Shown here piece by piece: positions 61,652-64,000 of a stretch of 64,000 bases of DNA. The DNA comes from an uncultured Verrucomicrobiota bacterium. Its GTDB lineage: Bacteria > Verrucomicrobiota > Kiritimatiellia > CAIKKV01 > CAIJXV01. The notes under the pieces are model-generated. The model saw only the letters and a list, made by a program, of their open reading frames with translations. It did no database searches and had not been told where the DNA came from. Numbering within the stretch: the stretch's first letter is position 1; every line of letters begins with the position of its first letter. Position numbers and translations under genes: made by a program. The DNA lies in assembly GCA_964497135.1 (NCBI GenBank), contig CAZCDO010000001.1, positions 239 to 64,238 of the forward strand. The letters run 5' to 3'.

Positions 61652-63580
61652 TTATCCTTTGAATTCAACCAACAGACTCGCATGGGGCCCCAGTTCAGCC
61701 TCGATCCTGCCGGATCGTGCAACAACGGGTTCGTCCGTCCAGAAATTTCGGCCGGTGCGGGACGACAGGCCCAACGCCTTGAGATCCAGGGATACCGGCT
61801 TCTTTCGATCGCTCCAGTTCACGAGAAGGATCCGGACCCCGTGCCCGACCCGCTGATGCCACTGGGCGGGATATTGTGCCGAGAATAAATCCAGCGCCAC
61901 CCCCGCGGTGCCCCGCTCCGCGGCAACAGTCCGCCGCACGAGGTCCAATCCGGCGCTATTGAGCCGGGTCAGATCGTCGGACAGATTCACCGCGCCGCCG
62001 GAGATAATGACCAGGCTGAGCAGGGTTCGTGCTTCGGCTAATCCCATGGTGGCCAGTTTGAGATCTTGCCAAGGGGCCCACGGCGCCTCCGGTTTGACGA
62101 AGACCGCGCACGGGTTGAGGCGCGCGAGGTCCGGGTCGTCGGAAGTCTCGGGACCGCGGGCGAGGGCGAAGTCCGGGTCATTTCCCCACCACCGTCCCTG
62201 TGCCCACCAGCGGGTGGCGATGGAGGCGACGTTCTCACACACGGAATCCCAGCGCGCATGGATGTCGCTGGAGGTGCGCGCTTCGTCCACCAGTGCGGCG
62301 CCGGCGTGAAAATCATAGCCGCACCCCATCAGCTTCGCCCGGCCCTTCATGCCGGCTCGGGCGGCCTCCACCAGCATCCGGACAATGTGCCCGCGCGGCA
62401 CCACCGGATCGGCGAAAATGGGGGCCTTGAGCGTTTGGATCAGGAAATCCAGCTTGAAGTACTGGTATCCCATGGACGCATATCGGTCGAACAAGTCATG
62501 GATCCATTGCCTGGCCTTGGGTACGGTCGGGTCGAGCACGAACCCGTGCCGCTGCATGCAGGTGAAGGCCATGCAGGGCAGGCCGGAATTGCCGCGGGCC
62601 AGCATGTCCGGGTCCCATTGCGCAATGCGGGCATGCGGTTCCACGATGGATGGCGCGAACCAAAGCCCTGGCTCGAAGCCCAGGGCCGACAGCCGTTTGG
62701 CCATCCAGCCCATGCCGTGCGGGAAAAGCGGATTGGCATCCCATTCCCCATACGCATATTCCCAGCCATCGTCGATGATGATGCGCTTCACATGCCGGCG
62801 CAATACCGGGTCGGCGGCGATGAATTCCGCGTTTTTCAGCACGGCCTCTTCGCTGATGGTCCAGCGGTAATAGTCCCAGGAGTTCCAACCCGCAACCGGA
62901 TCGACCGGTTTTTTAGGCGGGGGAGATTGCGCTTCGGCCCAGGCCTCCATGAGGCCATGGCCATCGCCATCGGCAAAGAGCGACACCGGTTCCGAGCGCG
63001 GGGCCTTTACGGCGCGCCCCGACAGCGGGGTCGTGACGGACAAGTCCTTGATCCCGTCGCGGATGCGGGCGGAGAGTCGCGTGGGGTTATCTTGCAGAAG
63101 GGGCAAACAGATTTGGAGCGTGATAGGACCCCGGGTGATCATCTGCTGATGATAACTCTCGATCGTTTCTTCCTTCAAAATGGGTAAAGGGATCAACCGG
63201 CAACCGCCGGCCGAGCGTCCCTGGAGGAGGAGATGGTCAGCCTTCAAGCGGGCGACGTTCAGCGGCGCCAGATCCGTCACGTGCGCCCCTTTCGTCAGAC
63301 GGCCCTGCATGTCGATCCGCACACCGGAAACACCCCGGGTATTCCGCACGGCGTTGAATATCAGTTCCCACCGGCCGGATCGCGTTCGACCCGTGAGGTG
63401 TACGATGTCCCCTTTTCGGGACGCACCGGTCCACGTCACCGGCTCGGACGCGCCGCCGTCGGACATGACGCGCGCCTCGCAACCCGCCAGGCGAAACCCC
63501 GGCAGTTCCAGCGCATATTCGGGCCGCCCCGGCGTGACCGTCAGCGCGATTTTGCCCCATCGGTGTTTAAAGGATTTCAT
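61652..63580 (-). CDS. glycoside hydrolase family 36/27-like alpha-galactosidase
   Basis: IIIDDGWE (DDGW motif). YFKLDFL (nucleophile Asp context). WGNDPDF (acid/base DPD). AGGAGA RBS before ATG 63580 (MKSFKH). Confidence 0.65.
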   Translation of the reverse strand: MKSFKHRWGKIALTVTPGRPEYALELPGFRLAGCEARVMSDGGASEPVTWTGASRKGDIVHLTGRTRSGRWELIFNAVRNTRGVSGVRIDMQGRLTKGAHVTDLAPLNVARLKADHLLLQGRSAGGCRLIPLPILKEETIESYHQQMITRGPITLQICLPLLQDNPTRLSARIRDGIKDLSVTTPLSGRAVKAPRSEPVSLFADGDGHGLMEAWAEAQSPPPKKPVDPVAGWNSWDYYRWTISEEAVLKNAEFIAADPVLRRHVKRIIIDDGWEYAYGEWDANPLFPHGMGWMAKRLSALGFEPGLWFAPSIVEPHARIAQWDPDMLARGNSGLPCMAFTCMQRHGFVLDPTVPKARQWIHDLFDRYASMGYQYFKLDFLIQTLKAPIFADPVVPRGHIVRMLVEAARAGMKGRAKLMGCGYDFHAGAALVDEARTSSDIHARWDSVCENVASIATRWWAQGRWWGNDPDFALARGPETSDDPDLARLNPCAVFVKPEAPWAPWQDLKLATMGLAEARTLLSLVIISGGAVNLSDDLTRLNSAGLDLVRRTVAAERGTAGVALDLFSAQYPAQWHQRVGHGVRILLVNWSDRKKPVSLDLKALGLSSRTGRNFWTDEPVVARSGRIEAELGPHASLLVEFKG

Positions 63581-63695
63581 CGATAGACGTCTCTCCTGAA
63601 ACGAATATTGTGGAACTTGCCGTCCCAATCATCAAGGCGCGATTTATGATATTTACATCCAATTCATGATCCAGTTCTACTTTTTGTCGGGGCCG

Positions 63696-64000
63696 TCATA
63701 TCCCACGAGGTCCGACAACAGCGGGGCCAAGGAACGGCGGAGACCGCCGGTATGGAGATGGCCGTCCACGGCCATTATAATGGGGGGGCGGTTGGGGAGT
63801 ATTTTCACGCAGAGCCGCAGAGGTCGCGGAGGATAGAGCCAGAAAAGAAGGACGCGCGACGAGCGCTCCCGAAACGGGATCGTCCGTCACGCGTCCGGTT
63901 CCCGGTCTTAATTCAGTGGTTTTTGCCAGATCTCGTTGGGTCAGACCGGCTTTTTGCCGCATGGCGACCAACCGGGCAAGCACCTGCTGGTACTCCGGAC
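63696..64000 (-). CDS. partial CDS (5' end outside window), possible XRE-type HTH segment; weak
   Basis: Frame open to the window edge. LARLVAMRQKAGLTQRDLAK resembles helix-turn-helix helix 2-3. Pro/Gly-rich low-complexity C-terminus lowers confidence. Confidence 0.25.
   Translation of the reverse strand, partial: PEYQQVLARLVAMRQKAGLTQRDLAKTTELRPGTGRVTDDPVSGALVARPSFLALSSATSAALRENTPQPPPHYNGRGRPSPYRRSPPFLGPAVVGPRGI

Noticed and set aside
1-64000. Transposase / integrase / phage genes as explanation for accessory nature
   Set aside because: No ORF with DDE transposase, tyrosine/serine recombinase or phage structural motifs was seen. Mobility signatures are limited to the MITE-like element and repeats at 9600-10120.

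Overview
The window is a 64 kb, high-GC (~63%) bacterial chromosomal segment that is mostly a carbohydrate-utilisation accessory region. Gene content suggests a PVC-superphylum organism (Verrucomicrobiota or Kiritimatiellota-like), but that is inference only. It encodes many secreted or lipoprotein polysaccharide-active enzymes: beta-helix proteins, a heparinase II/III-like lyase, GH20-like, DUF4874-like and GH36/27-like hydrolases, and an SGNH esterase. It also carries three PF12831-type FAD oxidoreductases (two with duplicated FAD modules), an AraC regulator, and a 2595-aa modular surface protein (DUF2341-LamG-FN3 x2, then beta-helix-PKD x2). The stand-out feature is a tightly coupled 7-gene operon (21612-34281). 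It encodes two large polytopic membrane proteins; a 1668-aa fusion of an M28-peptidase-like (apparently catalytically degenerate) domain to a MacB/FtsX-type permease; a second FtsX permease; two paralogous ABC ATPases; and a terminal PqqD-like (RRE-type) peptide-binding protein. A VapBC toxin-antitoxin pair abuts it divergently. I do not recognise this combination as a described system and flag it as the candidate novel envelope ABC machine. Other notable features are a low-GC, repeat-dense intergenic island (9200-10480) upstream of the giant gene. It contains a MITE-like element with 17-bp terminal inverted repeats (TIRs) and a perfect 11-bp target-site duplication (TSD), a palindrome built from GACTAAG heptamers, and G/C-rich hairpins. 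A ~45-80 nt AT-rich motif is present twice in the window, upstream of genes. There is a zone of gene decay (a GH1 remnant with an internal deletion plus a start-less fragment), and stop/start overlaps (ATGA/TAATG) suggesting translational coupling are pervasive. No rRNA, tRNA, CRISPR array or transposase gene was seen. Many long antisense ORFs are GC-driven artefacts.
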